From the NCBI GenBank assembly GCA_963706575.1, contig CAVPNL010000014.1, positions 32,001 through 96,000 of the forward strand: a stretch of DNA of 64,000 nucleotides, in the 5' to 3' direction. Source of the stretch: an uncultured delta proteobacterium. Lineage in GTDB: Bacteria; Desulfobacterota; Desulfobacteria; Desulfobacterales; JAHEIW01. A program made the translations under genes and the position numbers. Under the pieces are notes generated by a model that ran no database searches, had not been told where the DNA came from, and saw only the letters and a program-made list of their open reading frames with translations. Of this stretch, positions 30,548 through 40,253 are shown piece after piece (within the stretch, counting starts at the first letter, position 1; the number at the start of each line of letters is the position of its first letter).

Positions 30548-30668
30548 GATTTTAGATTTTGGCCTGCGACGAGCTCAGTCGAGTCGAATTTGGATTGCGG
30601 ATTTGGAATGGTGGAGACTTAAGGCGCGTCTTATCAGTCTGTTTTTAGATCCAAAATCCAAATTGCGA
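30548..30668. repeat. Periodic palindrome, 7-mer GATTTTG/GATTGCG family with a REP-like insert
   Basis: gatttta gattttg ... gaatttg gattgcg gatttg ... atccaaa atccaaa ttgcg. Confidence 0.6.
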
Positions 30669-31166
30669 TTATATCTGAGACAACGAAAACGGTTTGCCGC
30701 AAACTTTCCATGTGTCGTCTTCTTTGACCAGCGTCAGGGTTTCATCAACCTTGTGGGATTCGATCAGAAAAAACAATTTTCCAACAATTGCAAAAACAGG
30801 ATTAATTGAACGCAGCCGTTCACCTGTAATTTTAACCTTGGCCTGGTTTTCATCGGTCATCTGAATTTTGGTAGAAATATGCGAAAGCTGGTTTCGCATA
30901 TAACTCGGTGAAAAGCCCATCGATCTGGCTTCGTCGGCAACAGAATTCAGATAGTCACCCACAAGATCAACTTCTTCATCATCAACAATTTCGCGGCAAA
31001 GCAACTCCGACATCGAAGCGCCGTCCAGCATGAAATACGCTTTTGTGAAATCAACCGCTGCTTCCACGGGACTATCCACTTTACCGACATAGATCAGGAG
31101 CCCCTGCAGAATAACAAAAACCCCGACAACGAAGCCAATGATCATAACATTTTTAGCGGTTAGCAT
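30669..31166 (-). CDS. Hypothetical membrane-anchored protein (possibly NTF2-like fold)
   Basis: N-terminal TM, LVKEDDTWKV C-terminus, AGGAGG RBS. Confidence 0.7.
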   Translation of the reverse strand: MLTAKNVMIIGFVVGVFVILQGLLIYVGKVDSPVEAAVDFTKAYFMLDGASMSELLCREIVDDEEVDLVGDYLNSVADEARSMGFSPSYMRNQLSHISTKIQMTDENQAKVKITGERLRSINPVFAIVGKLFFLIESHKVDETLTLVKEDDTWKVCGKPFSLSQI

Positions 31167-31395
31167 TTATTTGACCTCCTTCAAATCTTGCTAAAATATA
31201 ATCCGATTTAAGCATTTTCCCTAACACAAAAATATTGTCGATGACAAGAATTTTTAAATTACCCGTCGGATTTCTTTGGATTGCCGAAATCAGCAGATTG
31301 GGCTATCGTTAAAGGTATCAGGAATGTACCGCAAAAACTGTAGATTGCGTGACTTTAAATATCGCGATCCGCAAAACAAAAAGAACTGAGGGTAA

Positions 31396-31773
31396 ATGAA
31401 GATGGGATCTGAAAACGAAAATATCTTCCGCCACATCCGAAATGCCGTGGTCTATTCATGGGCCGGGTTGAAAACCGCCTGGAATAATGAGATGGCTTTC
31501 CGGACCGAAGCCATTGTAATTGCATTCCTAATGCCCATCGGCATCTGGATGGGTGAAACGGCTGTACAATGGGCGTTACTTATCGGCTCTGGCATGCTGG
31601 TTCTGATTACCGAGTTGCTGAACTCAGCCGTCGAAAACGTTGTGGACCGCATCAGTGCGGAACATCATATTTTGTCCAAGCAGGCAAAGGATTTGGGCTC
31701 GGCAGCCGCTGCCGTGAGTATGCTGACTGCAGTGGTGGTGTGGGGTCTGATCGCGTACGAGTGCCTAAAATGA
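31396..31773 (+). CDS. dgkA: Diacylglycerol kinase
   Basis: EMAFRTE, ELLNSAVENVVD, AKDLGSAA. Confidence 0.93.
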   Translation: MKMGSENENIFRHIRNAVVYSWAGLKTAWNNEMAFRTEAIVIAFLMPIGIWMGETAVQWALLIGSGMLVLITELLNSAVENVVDRISAEHHILSKQAKDLGSAAAAVSMLTAVVVWGLIAYECLK

Positions 31774-31873
31774 ACTAAAGTGAGCTAAAGTGCCTAAAGT
31801 TAAGGTGTCGCTGCGCTCGATCTTTTTTATTAAAATGGCAGAATTCCCTAACTTTAGTCACTTTAGTTCACTT
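31759..31873. repeat. Periodic palindrome, 9/10-mer AAGTGNCTA family, copy 1
   Basis: Tandem units and their inverted array around a core shared with 40054-40182. Confidence 0.85.
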
Positions 31874-31894
31874 CTCACTTTTTCAAACAGTATT

Positions 31895-32593
31895 CTAGCG
31901 AACAATGCATTTTTCAACCCAAGGCTCGGCGACCGCTTTGAGCTGCATCAGTTCATCATCGGTATATTCGTAATTAATTTCCTTAAAAAAATCCGGGTGT
32001 AGCATCCGGCTTTTGTGAAACCGCTGCAACGCATAAACGCTGGCGCCTTTTATCAGGCGGCTTATATTTTCAATGACCGTTGAGGTCACGATGGGTTTGA
32101 CGCAGGTGGTTCGAAACTCATAGGCAATCGCCGAACCCATAATAATCTCAATGCTTGAAAGGATGGCGGCCTCATTGCAGTTCGCCTTGATGTAGGTGGC
32201 GTACCATCTCGGATCGGTTTTCATATCCATGGCAATGTAATCGACGAGCCCCTCATCAATGAGCCTTTTGATCACCCGGGGGCGGCTGCCGTTGGTATCC
32301 AGTTTTACCGGAAATCCCATATTTTTTATGTGGCGGCATAAATCAAATAAATCCTCCTGAAGCGTGGGTTCACCGCCGGAAATAACCACGCCGTCCAAAA
32401 ACCCTTTGCGGTTTTCGATGAAGCGATAGACATTGGCGGGATCAAATTCAGCAGAGCGCCCTGAGCAGTCTTTGACCAGGTCCGGATTATGACAATAGGG
32501 ACAGTCAAAGTTACAGCCCGATAGAAATATCCCGCAACTTAACTTGCCCGGATAGTCAATCATCGAGTTTTTTAACAAACCACCGATGTTCAT
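31895..32593 (-). CDS. nrdG: Anaerobic ribonucleotide reductase activating radical SAM protein
   Basis: CNFDCPYCHN, SGGEPT; downstream of nrdD. Confidence 0.93.
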   Translation of the reverse strand: MNIGGLLKNSMIDYPGKLSCGIFLSGCNFDCPYCHNPDLVKDCSGRSAEFDPANVYRFIENRKGFLDGVVISGGEPTLQEDLFDLCRHIKNMGFPVKLDTNGSRPRVIKRLIDEGLVDYIAMDMKTDPRWYATYIKANCNEAAILSSIEIIMGSAIAYEFRTTCVKPIVTSTVIENISRLIKGASVYALQRFHKSRMLHPDFFKEINYEYTDDELMQLKAVAEPWVEKCIVR

Positions 32594-32617
32594 GGGTTCA
32601 GGATCTCCTTATTAAAG

Positions 32618-32657
32618 GTGTCAGGTGTCAGTATTGATCATGCTGACACCTGAAACC
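32618..32657. repeat. Short periodic palindrome, 7-mer GGTGTCA
   Basis: ggtgtca ggtgtca g...ctgacacc tgaaacc. Confidence 0.65.
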
Positions 32658-32662
32658 TCATG

Positions 32663-34753
32663 TTATGCCACCTTATAAACCGTGCGGTCGCTGTATTCCG
32701 CCTGCTTGCCGTTATTCCATTGCTTGACAGGTCGCAAATAGCCGACGACCCTTGAATAAACTTCAGTTTCCTGATCACAGACCGAACACTTGGCCTGCTC
32801 TCCATTAATATATCCATGCGATGGGCAGACGCTGAAAGTGGGCGTCAACGTAAAATACGGAAGTCGATAATTCGTTGCCACCTTACGGATCAAATTTTTG
32901 ATGGCATCGATATCGTTGACCTGTTCGCCCAGAAAGATGTGCAGAACCGTGCCGCCGGTATATTTGGTCTGGAGCTGATCCTGCAGCTCCAGGGTTTGAA
33001 ATATATCATCGGTATAATTTACCGGGAGCTGGCTGGAGTTCGTATAGTAGGGTGCCGCCCCGCTGCGAAAGTCAATTTCATTGGCGCAGGTAATTTCCGG
33101 ATACTTCTTTTTGTCCAGCATGCAAAGACGGTATGATGTGCCTTCAGCCGGCGTGGCCTCAAGGTTGAAAATATCGCCGGTATCCTCCTGTATTTCAGAC
33201 ATCAGGTCGCGCAGAAAATCCATCACCTGCAATGCAAATTTATGACCGGCTTTGGAACTGATGTCTTCACCCAGAAAATTCAGACAGGCTTCATTCATGC
33301 CGATAATGCCGACGGTGGAGAAGTGATTTTTCCAGTAAAGGCCGGTCCCATTTTTGATATCCCGCAAATAAAACCGCGAGTAGGGATACAGGTTTTTATC
33401 GGTAAATAGCTCCAGAACTTTGCGCTTGATTGAAAGGCTCTCGGCCGCCAGCAGAACCTTTTCTTTTAAATTAGCAAAAAAATCTTTCACGCTCTGACTG
33501 ACATAACCAATACGCGGCAGGTTAATCGTTACCACGCCGATGGATCCCGTCAGGGGGTTGGCCCCAAAAAGGCCCCCGCCGCGCTTTAACAACTCCCGAT
33601 TGTCCAGGCGCAGACGGCAGCACATGGAGCGGGCATCTTCAGGCGCCATATCTGAATTGACAAAATTAGAAAAATAGGGAATCCCGTACTTTGCGGTCAT
33701 TTTCCAGATCATATCCAGATTGGGGTTGGTCCAATCAAAATCAGCCGTAATGTTGTAGGTGGGTATGGGAAAAGTAAAAACCCTGCCTTTAGCGTCGCCT
33801 TCCATCATGACTTCGGCAAAAGCCTTGTTTAATAAATCCATCTCCGGCTGAAACTCGCTATAAGTTTCTTCCTGCTCAATTCCGCCGATAATCACCGGCT
33901 GATCCTTTAAAACCGGTGAAACGTTTAAATCCAGGGTGATATTGGTAAATGGCGTCTGAAAGCCAACCCGGGTCGGAATGTTGATGTTAAAAATAAATTC
34001 CTGCAGGGCCTGCTTGACTTCTTTATAATCCAGCCCGTCATAGCGCACAAAAGGCGCCAGCAGAGTATCAAAATTGGAAATCGCCTGGGCACCGGCAGCT
34101 TCTCCCTGCAGGGTATAGAAAAAATTGACGATCTGCCCCAGAGCAGAGCGCAGATGTCTGGGTGCGGCGCTCTCGACTTTGCCCTCAACCCCCTTGAAGC
34201 CCTGCCGCAGCAAATCCTGCAGATCCCAGCCAACACAGTAAACCGATAAAAGATTCAGGTCGTGAATGTGCAGGTCACCGTTTTTATGAGCTTCTCGGAT
34301 TTCGGGCGGATAAATACTGTTTAACCAGTATTCGGAGGTCACCTCAGATGAAATGTAATTATTCAGGCCCTGCAGCGAATAACACATATTGCTGTTTTCT
34401 TTAATTTTCCAGTCCAGTTTCTGAATATAGTGGTTGACCAGGTTGACGTTGGCCCGGGTGGTAATCTGCCGGATCTGGGCATGCTGTTCACGGTATAAGA
34501 TATAGGCTTTCGCCGTTTTAAAGAACGGGGAATCCAGCAGTACCGCTTCAACGATGTCCTGGATCTCCTCGACTTCCGGCACCGGGTCCAGCTTCATTTC
34601 ATGCGCCAGCGTTAAAACCCGCAGGGTTAGCTTTCTGGCTTCTTTTTCTTCAAATTCACCGCTTGCATTGCCTGCTTTGGCGATGGCTGCGGTGATTTTA
34701 GATGAATCGAAATCGACAATTCTTCCATCTCTTTTTTTAATACTTTCAAACAC
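32663..34753 (-). CDS. nrdD: Class III anaerobic ribonucleoside-triphosphate reductase with ATP cone
   Basis: IKKRDG ATP cone, SMCCRL finger loop, YSRVVGYL glycyl radical motif; GTG start. Confidence 0.96.
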   Translation of the reverse strand: MFESIKKRDGRIVDFDSSKITAAIAKAGNASGEFEEKEARKLTLRVLTLAHEMKLDPVPEVEEIQDIVEAVLLDSPFFKTAKAYILYREQHAQIRQITTRANVNLVNHYIQKLDWKIKENSNMCYSLQGLNNYISSEVTSEYWLNSIYPPEIREAHKNGDLHIHDLNLLSVYCVGWDLQDLLRQGFKGVEGKVESAAPRHLRSALGQIVNFFYTLQGEAAGAQAISNFDTLLAPFVRYDGLDYKEVKQALQEFIFNINIPTRVGFQTPFTNITLDLNVSPVLKDQPVIIGGIEQEETYSEFQPEMDLLNKAFAEVMMEGDAKGRVFTFPIPTYNITADFDWTNPNLDMIWKMTAKYGIPYFSNFVNSDMAPEDARSMCCRLRLDNRELLKRGGGLFGANPLTGSIGVVTINLPRIGYVSQSVKDFFANLKEKVLLAAESLSIKRKVLELFTDKNLYPYSRFYLRDIKNGTGLYWKNHFSTVGIIGMNEACLNFLGEDISSKAGHKFALQVMDFLRDLMSEIQEDTGDIFNLEATPAEGTSYRLCMLDKKKYPEITCANEIDFRSGAAPYYTNSSQLPVNYTDDIFQTLELQDQLQTKYTGGTVLHIFLGEQVNDIDAIKNLIRKVATNYRLPYFTLTPTFSVCPSHGYINGEQAKCSVCDQETEVYSRVVGYLRPVKQWNNGKQAEYSDRTVYKVA

Positions 34754-34899
34754 TTAAGCCACCTCTCATCGTTTTATTTCCACTAATCAATTATTTTGCG
34801 CAAATGAAGTCCCATCTTCGCATCCAGAGAAAGCTCTGTTTAAAACCGATTTTAGGCACCTAAATATCAATGGTAATGGTTACAACTGACAGAAATGTC

Positions 34900-35046
34900 T
34901 AGAAGTGGTTTCAAAATCTCAGATCAGGTTCAAGGGCAAGGCGCAGGCCGATCGAGAAAGCGCAGCATACACAGGGTATGTGAGCATTTATCGGAGGGCT
35001 ACAACGCGGCCATTGGGCCTTAGATGGGGTTTTGAAACCACTTCTA
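34900..35046. mobile_element. ERIC-like MITE (147 bp)
   Basis: Perfect TIR TAGAAGTGGTTTCAAAA / TTTTGAAACCACTTCTA. Confidence 0.9.
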
Positions 35047-35142
35047 AGGGATTTGACCAAAGAAAGGGGCTTAACAAAGCCCCCAACGTGTAAAATAGAG
35101 TAAATTACTGTAAAGTTCTGTAAAGCCAGAGAGGCAAAAAAA

Positions 35143-35233
35143 ACCACAATATGTGGTTTTCCATCCAAGCAGATTTTATTCTACCACTATATATTGATAT
35201 TTGTCAATAAAAAAAATCAATATATAGTGTGTT
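35143..35233 (-). promoter_or_regulatory. nrdD promoter with three NrdR-box-like sites
   Basis: ACCACAATATGTGGTT (35143), CCACTATATATTGATA (35184), TCAATATATAGTGTG (35217). Minus-strand TTGACA at 35202-35207 and extended -10 TGGTAGAAT at 35178-35186. Confidence 0.8.
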
Positions 35234-35357
35234 TTTTATAAATAAAACAATAGAATAAGCACTTTTTATCATAAAAACAAGATGTTATAAGTGAAACTCT
35301 GCAATTTTGCGGGCACCCTGCCATTTTCGGCTGACTTTTACTGCTGGAAAAGGATCT

Positions 35358-35510
35358 GGTTTCTGGGCTTCTAAGGTTCTGGGTTCAGAAGTTCAGAATT
35401 CAAAATTTCAGGTTTCAAGAGTTACATCTGCTTAATTGGTTCGATTGGTTTAATTGGTTCGAATTAAATCAACCAATACAACAAGTCCTTGTACCTTGAA
35501 CCTTTGAACC
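35358..35510. repeat. Nested periodic palindrome (outer GGTTCAR, inner 9-mer AATTGGTTY)
   Basis: ttaattggttcgattggtttaattggttcg ... aacaagtccttgtaccttgaacctttgaacc; related to copies at 52.0, 53.0 and 58.9 kb. Confidence 0.75.
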
Positions 35511-35534
35511 GGGAGACTGACATCTGTCCTCTGA

Positions 35535-36440
35535 CTATGGTGTTACCCAGATGTAGTCCGCTATAGCCAGATCAATCTCCTTCCCCGCCGAAACCGGGTA
35601 TAGGGTTCGAAATGAGGCGCTTGTGCGGCGAAAGGTCCGATCCGGGATACCGTATTTGTATTGAATGTGGCCGTTGCCGGCCAGAACAACGATCCTTTTT
35701 TCGCCAAGATTAGCCGCAACCGATTCCGCCATGATTTCATCCCAGACGCACTGTACCATATAAAAATCATCGAATTTGACGTTGCCCCTGAGTTGATGTT
35801 GATTGAATACTTGCTCTACATATTCACGATGAGCAGCGTTGGATGTGTCGATCTCTTTTGGCAGATATTGCTTGTCGGTATCGGGCAAACTGTCTATTCC
35901 ACCGACCCGAATGCGGCCCGGAATGTGAAAAGGAATGTTCAAAGCAACGATTTTGATTTTGTTTTGCTTTATGAACCCGAGGATCTCCCGGTACAAGGCG
36001 AAATCAAATTGCCAGTTGGCATACCAGTGAACTTTTCGTAAAAAGGTTTCTTCATCCAGCACGCCGGCCGACCATAAATCCAGCACCTCCTGGTATGAAC
36101 GATCAAACATTTCCATTCCTACGCGCATGGAAGGGGTGTTTTTAAAAGTGGCTTCAATTATTTTTAGCTGGATCGCGTGATGGGCGGGGTTGGTGTGATT
36201 TTCTCCGACAAAAATAATCTGATGGCGGTTTAGATCTGCCATCAGCTGGTCAAAGGTGATCACCTTGCCGGATTTCGTCGAAATAACCTTGCCCGGTTTA
36301 ACAGTCTGCGATGTATCTTTAATCATCACCGTATCGGATTTCCCGGCGCATCCCCATAGAAAGCTGATCGCCGCGAGACCGATATATAAGCGTCGGAAGA
36401 ACACGTAAATTTTCCCTTTTCCATCGGTTTTGGGGTACAT
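35535..36440 (-). CDS. ChaN family lipoprotein
   Basis: Lipobox LWGC; VGENH..HH, GMEMF, WDEIMA, LAGNGH. Confidence 0.88.
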   Translation of the reverse strand: MYPKTDGKGKIYVFFRRLYIGLAAISFLWGCAGKSDTVMIKDTSQTVKPGKVISTKSGKVITFDQLMADLNRHQIIFVGENHTNPAHHAIQLKIIEATFKNTPSMRVGMEMFDRSYQEVLDLWSAGVLDEETFLRKVHWYANWQFDFALYREILGFIKQNKIKIVALNIPFHIPGRIRVGGIDSLPDTDKQYLPKEIDTSNAAHREYVEQVFNQHQLRGNVKFDDFYMVQCVWDEIMAESVAANLGEKRIVVLAGNGHIQYKYGIPDRTFRRTSASFRTLYPVSAGKEIDLAIADYIWVTP

Positions 36441-36563
36441 GTGACACCTTGATTTTTCACGTTAAGATCGCTAAGATTAAATATTGAGTAATGCGTAATG
36501 GATAATGAAGAATGCATCCGGCCATTTGGTTAGAAAAGCGATCCGCAATAAGGTTAAAAGCCT

Positions 36564-36821
36564 ATGCCTGCCGATAAAAACCCGGTATTCAGAAAAGCGG
36601 TTATTCCCTGGTACAAATCCACCAGCGCTTATATCATTATGATCATATTTATGCTCGTGGTGTTTTTCTTTGCATTGGCCGGCATTTCGGTTGCCAGGGA
36701 ATTCCCCGAATACCAGGGATATGTATGGGTGCCGGCTGTATTACTTGCCATGAGCGCCGGGATTATCATTACCACAACCGCCCGTCTGATCAAACGCTAT
36801 TCCCATAAACCCGCCAGATAG
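36564..36821 (+). CDS. Small hypothetical membrane protein
   Basis: 85 aa with two TM helices; fills the gap between flanking genes. Confidence 0.7.
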   Translation: MPADKNPVFRKAVIPWYKSTSAYIIMIIFMLVVFFFALAGISVAREFPEYQGYVWVPAVLLAMSAGIIITTTARLIKRYSHKPAR

Positions 36822-36873
36822 ACTTGACGGCATGGCAAAAACCAGTTGCCAGGACCCGGGGCAATTCAATGGC

Positions 36874-37479
36874 TCAATGAACGAGCGGATAAATGAGCTC
36901 AATGAAGCGGTGAAGTATTTTAGCAGTCGCCCCCCATATGACAACGTCCCCAACTGGATATTCGAGTTCGCCTGTATTCATCTGGCGATCATGATAACGT
37001 TTGGCCCGATGGATGCCGACAAGCGTTTTCAGTGGAATTTCCAGAATTCTCGCGATTTCCGTAGCATCGAATCGAATCGACCCCTTGCCGTTCCATAGCC
37101 CGATGAACGCCTCGATGTCCCTGGGTCTTGTAAGGGTTTGAAAGTGTCCCAGGGATCCGATGAAATCTACCTGATCCTGACTGATGTTCAGCTCTTCTTC
37201 CAGCTCCCGGTAAGCGGCTGCAACCGGACCGGCATCAGAAATTTCCACATGGCCTCCTGGCAGTGCCACCTGGTTTCGCCAGGGGTAGCCTTCAGTATCT
37301 GATTTTTGAATGGCCAGAATATGCGGATCCGGCCGATCGAAAAGCAGCAAAAATACACTTGCAGGCACCCGGTAAGCATCCGCGGGAGATCCATTCGGCC
37401 TGGAATTGACGATAATTTCTTTTAGACGAGGATAATCGATGATTTCAATTCCTCTGAAAATTATGATCGGGTAAAACAC
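36874..37479 (-). CDS. Nudix hydrolase, CoA pyrophosphatase family
   Basis: QVALPGG..AAYRELEEE Nudix box, IWGATA. Start uncertain. Confidence 0.88.
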   Translation of the reverse strand: MFYPIIIFRGIEIIDYPRLKEIIVNSRPNGSPADAYRVPASVFLLLFDRPDPHILAIQKSDTEGYPWRNQVALPGGHVEISDAGPVAAAYRELEEELNISQDQVDFIGSLGHFQTLTRPRDIEAFIGLWNGKGSIRFDATEIARILEIPLKTLVGIHRAKRYHDRQMNTGELEYPVGDVVIWGATAKILHRFIELIYPLVH

Positions 37480-37492
37480 ACGATGGTTATTC

Positions 37493-37927
37493 TTATGAGG
37501 CCGCTTTCAGGATTGACTTTAAGATGCGCTTTAACAGCTCCGGCGGTATATATCCAGGGCGACGACCGATTATCTGCCCGTTTTCAGCAATAAATATGGT
37601 GTCCGGCAGCCCTCTGACACGGTAAAAATCGGATGTTTTTTTTTCTCTGTCATAATCGACTTTGATGGAAATAAAATTTTCATTCAAAGATGAAATGATC
37701 GCCGTGTCGTTAAATGTCTCCTTTTCCATTACACCGCAATAATAGCACCACTCCGCGGTAAAATGTAAAAACACCTTCTTTTTTTCAAATTTGCTGCGGG
37801 CCATTCCATCATCGTAAGAATGCCATTCAATCTCCGTTGTCTGGGTTGAAGAGGCAGAGGCATTAATGAAAATAAACACGGAAAATAATAATGGCAGTAT
37901 GATTAAACCGGCGGTTTTAAACTTCAT
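37493..37927 (-). CDS. Exported thioredoxin family protein
   Basis: Signal peptide, WCYYC, cis-Pro GLP; start ATG 37927 after GAGGAAAGG. Confidence 0.85.
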   Translation of the reverse strand: MKFKTAGLIILPLLFSVFIFINASASSTQTTEIEWHSYDDGMARSKFEKKKVFLHFTAEWCYYCGVMEKETFNDTAIISSLNENFISIKVDYDREKKTSDFYRVRGLPDTIFIAENGQIIGRRPGYIPPELLKRILKSILKAAS

Positions 37928-38139
37928 TCCTTTCCTCGTTATGGTTGAAGGTACGAATCGGACAAGCTCGGAGTGTTGAAGCGATTCACAATTTGGGCAC
38001 CAGTGATAGTCTACCATCAATTCTGAACGGTGGCAAATCCGGGAATTGGAGTTTTCGGAGACAATCAACCGCCGGTTGTGAAACACACCAACTGTCGTTT
38101 GCAGTATCGATGAGAGGGCGGATTCATTGCCAGGCTCTT

Positions 38140-39003
38140 TCAGGCCTTCGGAGTGTCAGAACGATTATTGGAAAAATTTTTGATCATTATTTCACCCAGT
38201 TCCTTGGAACGGTTCGTCGCAACCTCCACGGCATTAATCAGGGTGGTACGCAACCCGCCCTGTTCCAGGGTGGCCAGACCGGCAATCGCAGTACCTCCCG
38301 GAGATGTCACTCTGTCTCTGAGCTGGCCCGGGTGCTCCTGGGTCTCGATCAACATTTTGGCGGCGCCCAAAACCGTTTGGGCGGACAGGAATAACGCTTC
38401 CTGGCGCGACAGCCCCACCTTCACACCGGCATCTGCCATGGCCTCAACAATTAAAAAGATATAGGCCGGACCGCTGCCGCTCAAACCGGTAATCGCATCC
38501 ATCAGGTAATTTTCGGGAATAAAGACGGTCTTACCGATTGAATTGAAAATGGTCATCGCCAGCTTGATATCCTCTTCGGTGGCATGTTTGCCGGCGGCAA
38601 CGGCTGTAGCCGCTTCTTTAACGGCCGCAGCGATGTTGGGCATGACCCGGATCAGGCGCAGCTTTTTGTCAAGACAGGACTCGATGGCTTCCATGGGAAC
38701 ACCGGCCGCAATCGAAATAATGAGTTTGGACATATCGAGTTTTTCGGCGGTTTCGTTGAGAACGGCCGCCATGATCTGGGGCTTCACGGCATAAATAACA
38801 ATATCTGAATCAGCGACTGCTTCCGGATTGTTCGGTGTCGTTCGAACCCCGTATTCTTCCTGTATGGCCTTAAGTTTGGCTTCCCGAACATCGGTGCAAA
38901 TGATATTTTTGGGTTTGGATGACGCCGAGCTAATCAGACCGCTGATGAGGGCTTCTCCCATATTGCCCGTTCCAATGATGCAAATTTTTTTGTCTCTTAA
39001 CAT
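38140..39003 (-). CDS. proC: Pyrroline-5-carboxylate reductase
   Basis: IGTGNMG, AVKPQ, RVMPN, SGSGPAY, VTSPGGT. Confidence 0.96.
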   Translation of the reverse strand: MLRDKKICIIGTGNMGEALISGLISSASSKPKNIICTDVREAKLKAIQEEYGVRTTPNNPEAVADSDIVIYAVKPQIMAAVLNETAEKLDMSKLIISIAAGVPMEAIESCLDKKLRLIRVMPNIAAAVKEAATAVAAGKHATEEDIKLAMTIFNSIGKTVFIPENYLMDAITGLSGSGPAYIFLIVEAMADAGVKVGLSRQEALFLSAQTVLGAAKMLIETQEHPGQLRDRVTSPGGTAIAGLATLEQGGLRTTLINAVEVATNRSKELGEIMIKNFSNNRSDTPKA

Positions 39004-39240
39004 AATGATGAACTCCGTTTCGCTAATTTTTCGATGGAAACTACCGGCAACCCCTTATGCTCGCCGGGCAAACCGCTTTGATTGTATGAATTTCTCTTAA
39101 AATTCTGCAATTTATAGCTTGCCCGGAAGGTAGTCAAGAAAATAATAAAATAATCAGGAATAATCAGAATTACGCCTGTAGCGGAATTTCTATATGGCCG
39201 CTGCCCGATTGCGGTTCTGTTTGGCCGCCTGGATTTCATC

Positions 39241-39285
39241 TTGACACGGTTCCTAAATAAAATTATAATGGTCTAACCATTATAA
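39241..39285 (+). promoter_or_regulatory. Consensus sigma70 promoter overlapped by a FadR-type operator palindrome
   Basis: TTGACA (39241)-17 bp-TATAAT (39264); perfect palindrome TTATAATGGT-cta-ACCATTATAA at 39263-39285. Confidence 0.85.
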
Positions 39286-39342
39286 GGTTTTCCAGCCAAC
39301 CGTTCGCCTAAGAATTCTTATGGAACGAAAGGAAAAGCACTC

Positions 39343-40080
39343 ATGTTCCAGGCAGCCAAGCAAACCAAGGTTTTTCAGGATGTTGTAATGCAAATCCAGG
39401 AAGCTATCCTCGACGGACGGCTAAAGACTGGAGATACCCTTCCTTCCGAGAGGCAGCTCAAGGACATGTTTAATATTAGTCGCGGCACATTGCGTGAGGC
39501 TCTGCGAGTTCTGGAACAAAAGGGCTTAATCGAAATCAAACTCGGTGTCGGCGGCGGTTCGGTGGTAAAAGATTTGAATGCCGACCAGGTTAGCGAAGGT
39601 CTGGCCCTGTTAATCCGTTCGCAAAAGGTCTCGTTGAATCATCTGGCTGAATTTCGCGAAGATGTCGAAAGCATCGTCGCCGCCCGTGCAGCCGCCGGAA
39701 GTTCGGCGGCAGACATCGATAAACTCACCGAACTTTTAGATGAGGCCCGCAAATGCATTGATGCAGGCCCTTCTCAACGGGATGCCTTTATCGAAATTGA
39801 CAAAAGCATCCACATGACCCTGGCACAGCTTACGGAAAACCCAATTTACATATCGGTGCTGCATTCCGTCCACGACAACATCCATCGCTATTATGATAAG
39901 TTTCTATCCATGGATGAACGCGAGTTGCAGGAAAATTATCGGGACCTCTGTGATCTTGTTCAGGCAGTGGAAAAGGGACAGGCCGACCGTGCCCGCCGTC
40001 TGGCCCGCGACCATGTCCACCGATTCAATCGGTATATGAAAAGCAAGGAAAAGAAAGTGACTAAAGTTTCGAGTGACTAA
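39343..40080 (+). CDS. GntR/FadR family transcriptional regulator
   Basis: LPSERQL..ISRGTLREALRVL wHTH plus FCD domain. Confidence 0.93.
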   Translation: MFQAAKQTKVFQDVVMQIQEAILDGRLKTGDTLPSERQLKDMFNISRGTLREALRVLEQKGLIEIKLGVGGGSVVKDLNADQVSEGLALLIRSQKVSLNHLAEFREDVESIVAARAAAGSSAADIDKLTELLDEARKCIDAGPSQRDAFIEIDKSIHMTLAQLTENPIYISVLHSVHDNIHRYYDKFLSMDERELQENYRDLCDLVQAVEKGQADRARRLARDHVHRFNRYMKSKEKKVTKVSSD

Positions 40081-40182
40081 AGTGACTAAAGTTGAGGTAT
40101 CGCTGTGCTCCATCTTTTATATAAAAGGATAGAATTCCTCAACTTTAGTCACTTTAGCTCACTTTAGGCATTTTAGGCACTT
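40054..40182. repeat. Periodic palindrome, 9/10-mer AAGTGNCTA family, copy 2
   Basis: aagtgacta-type units x3 ... ctttagtca ctttagctca ctttaggca ttttaggca. Confidence 0.85.
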
Positions 40183-40253
40183 ATAAAAAATCTACTGACC
40201 TTGAAAAAGGCAAGTTATCGCGCAACCAAAAAATGAATTTGGAGGGCACACAT

